In this document: one piece after another, positions 62,642 to 64,000 of the stretch
How the letters are laid out: each line of letters opens with the position of its first letter
Numbering within the stretch: position 1 is the stretch's first letter
Source: a virus
Lineage: Duplodnaviria; Caudoviricetes
DNA: 64,000 nt
Virus record (IMG/VR): IMGVR_UViG_3300025000_000057
Strand: one strand, 5' to 3'
Notes under the pieces: model-generated
Databases searched by the model: none
The model's input: only the letters and a program-made list of their open reading frames with translations
Told to the model about the DNA's origin: nothing
Made by a program: the position numbers and the translations under genes

Positions 62642-64000
62642 CTATTTTATAATCTTGGTAAGTAACATGTAATCTTGCATAATAGGTGTAACACCAAACT
62701 GATCAGGCACAATCCGTCTTAGTATAGCCTTAACTCGCAGTGTATCTATCAGATATGAATAGTTGACCGTAACGGTAATGTCCTTAGCTAATACGGTATT
62801 AAATTGCATTTCGTTACCATAGATACAGTACTGATAATTCTGCCCCGCGAATTGCTCAAGTTCTATATTGCCTGTGAAATAATCTGTCTTATTTTCTAAC
62901 CGCACGGCGGTTTCGCTATTAAGAGGTTGTGTAATCGTCTCGCCCGTTGCTAATTTAATAGTAACTACAACCGGTATTAGTTCGCCGGATAGAATGCTAG
63001 GATTCCAATCCTCTGGCAATTTATATAGGATCTCTTTATCGATAAAATGATACTTTGATAAATGAATCTTACCTGCATTATCGGTACCGTTAAACACCTG
63101 GGTAATGGTTTCATTATTTAAATCAAACTTAACTATCTTCGCCTCTTCGGTAGGAACATAATCCACTGTGTAAATAGTTCCAAATTTCCAATCATTGATG
63201 ATGATAATATCATTGTTAATCATATACTCATTCTGTCCAAGAGGTAGACCATTACCCTTAACGGTAATAATACGGTCGTACTTTGCTACTGTCTTAGCTC
63301 CAAACACTTGCTGTCCTCTTATTAAATAAGTCTTCATGATAAGGAGTTCGTTGTAAATGGTATCAATATTGAGTGGCACAATAGGGTAGAACTCATTATC
63401 CGGGTCTCCAATGTAATACTCTATATTAGCAAGTTTAAATCTTTTAAGTTGATCGTTTAGATAAATAGGTATTTTCTCACTTACAGCGATACTTACTTCC
63501 CTTATTACCCCACCCAGGGATATGGGACTTGATACATATACAGCACTCATTGCAAACTGATTGTACTTTACGCCGATATCAAACATACCGAATTCGTACT
63601 GATATTTAACTACAGGAACTCTGGTATCTTCTGTATCGGCTTTAAGAATCTTATCTATATCATTTTGTATCTCACTTGTAGCTTTTAAGAATGCCATTAT
63701 ACCCGGCATCTCTTCACAGATAGTTTCATAATTTGCAAAGTTTAACGTAGCGGGACTAGGTATGATGCTAACAGGAGTTAATAAGTTTCTTTCCTTAATC
63801 TTATCCCTGCTCGATAATATAATGTCTCGTTCTATATAGTGTCTTTGATTTAATATAATCCAGAATTTCTTAACAACGATATCCGGGAATGTATATACAT
63901 GTAAATCCTTGGTAGATACATTACGCAGATCTTCAATAGCCTGAAATGGCGAAACAAGACTAATCGGTTGCTCGTTAGGATTATCAGAACTAAACGCCAT
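62642..64000 (-). CDS. putative virion structural protein (probably 5'-truncated by window edge)
   Basis: beta-rich ORF open to the window end. Confidence 0.55.
   Translation of the reverse strand: MAFSSDNPNEQPISLVSPFQAIEDLRNVSTKDLHVYTFPDIVVKKFWIILNQRHYIERDIILSSRDKIKERNLLTPVSIIPSPATLNFANYETICEEMPGIMAFLKATSEIQNDIDKILKADTEDTRVPVVKYQYEFGMFDIGVKYNQFAMSAVYVSSPISLGGVIREVSIAVSEKIPIYLNDQLKRFKLANIEYYIGDPDNEFYPIVPLNIDTIYNELLIMKTYLIRGQQVFGAKTVAKYDRIITVKGNGLPLGQNEYMINNDIIIINDWKFGTIYTVDYVPTEEAKIVKFDLNNETITQVFNGTDNAGKIHLSKYHFIDKEILYKLPEDWNPSILSGELIPVVVTIKLATGETITQPLNSETAVRLENKTDYFTGNIELEQFAGQNYQYCIYGNEMQFNTVLAKDITVTVNYSYLIDTLRVKAILRRIVPDQFGVTPIMQDYMLLTKIIK

Noticed and set aside
1-64000. Stop-codon reassignment (alternative genetic code)
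   Set aside because: Long conserved genes are intact and densely packed under code 11, terminating in TAA, TAG and TGA.

Overview
This is a 64-kb, AT-rich, gene-dense segment of a large tailed dsDNA phage (or phage-plasmid/prophage). The host is inferred to be an anaerobic spore-forming Firmicute, from the strong GGAGG SD sites, class III NrdD/NrdG, and SigH- and SpoIIIAC-like genes. Standard genetic code. Positions 1-41283 are almost all + strand: GroES, a clamp-like gene, DnaE, SSB, RecA, NrdG, PcrA/UvrD, a split SbcCD, a Cys-rich peptide/MazG/radical-SAM/UDG block, a SigH homolog, DnaG, intein-containing NrdD, an Acb2/Tad1-like gene, an array of about 13 tRNA genes/pseudogenes, and Dam. 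Positions 41296-64000 are - strand: a relaxase-like/VirD4-like/pilin-or-SpoIIIAC-like operon, Ig-like virion proteins, a second sigma factor, RuvC, a DnaB-like helicase, an AEP primase, a holin and a paralogous structural-gene array. Most notable: (i) intergenic regions carry correctly spaced forespore SigF/SigG and mother-cell SigE promoter consensuses, Spo0A boxes and a shared palindromic ATGT-N-ACAT motif, pointing to a phage programme wired into host sporulation, possibly using the minimal DNA-transfer operon; (ii) two families of roughly 80-130 nt structured RNA elements, each present twice with compensatory base changes and abutting tRNA 5' ends; (iii) Leu-anticodon tRNAs with short variable loops and Pro-like bodies; (iv) an HNH gene inserted at a tRNA-Ser 3' end with a 14-bp duplication. 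All family assignments are by-eye motif recognition; no database searches were run.
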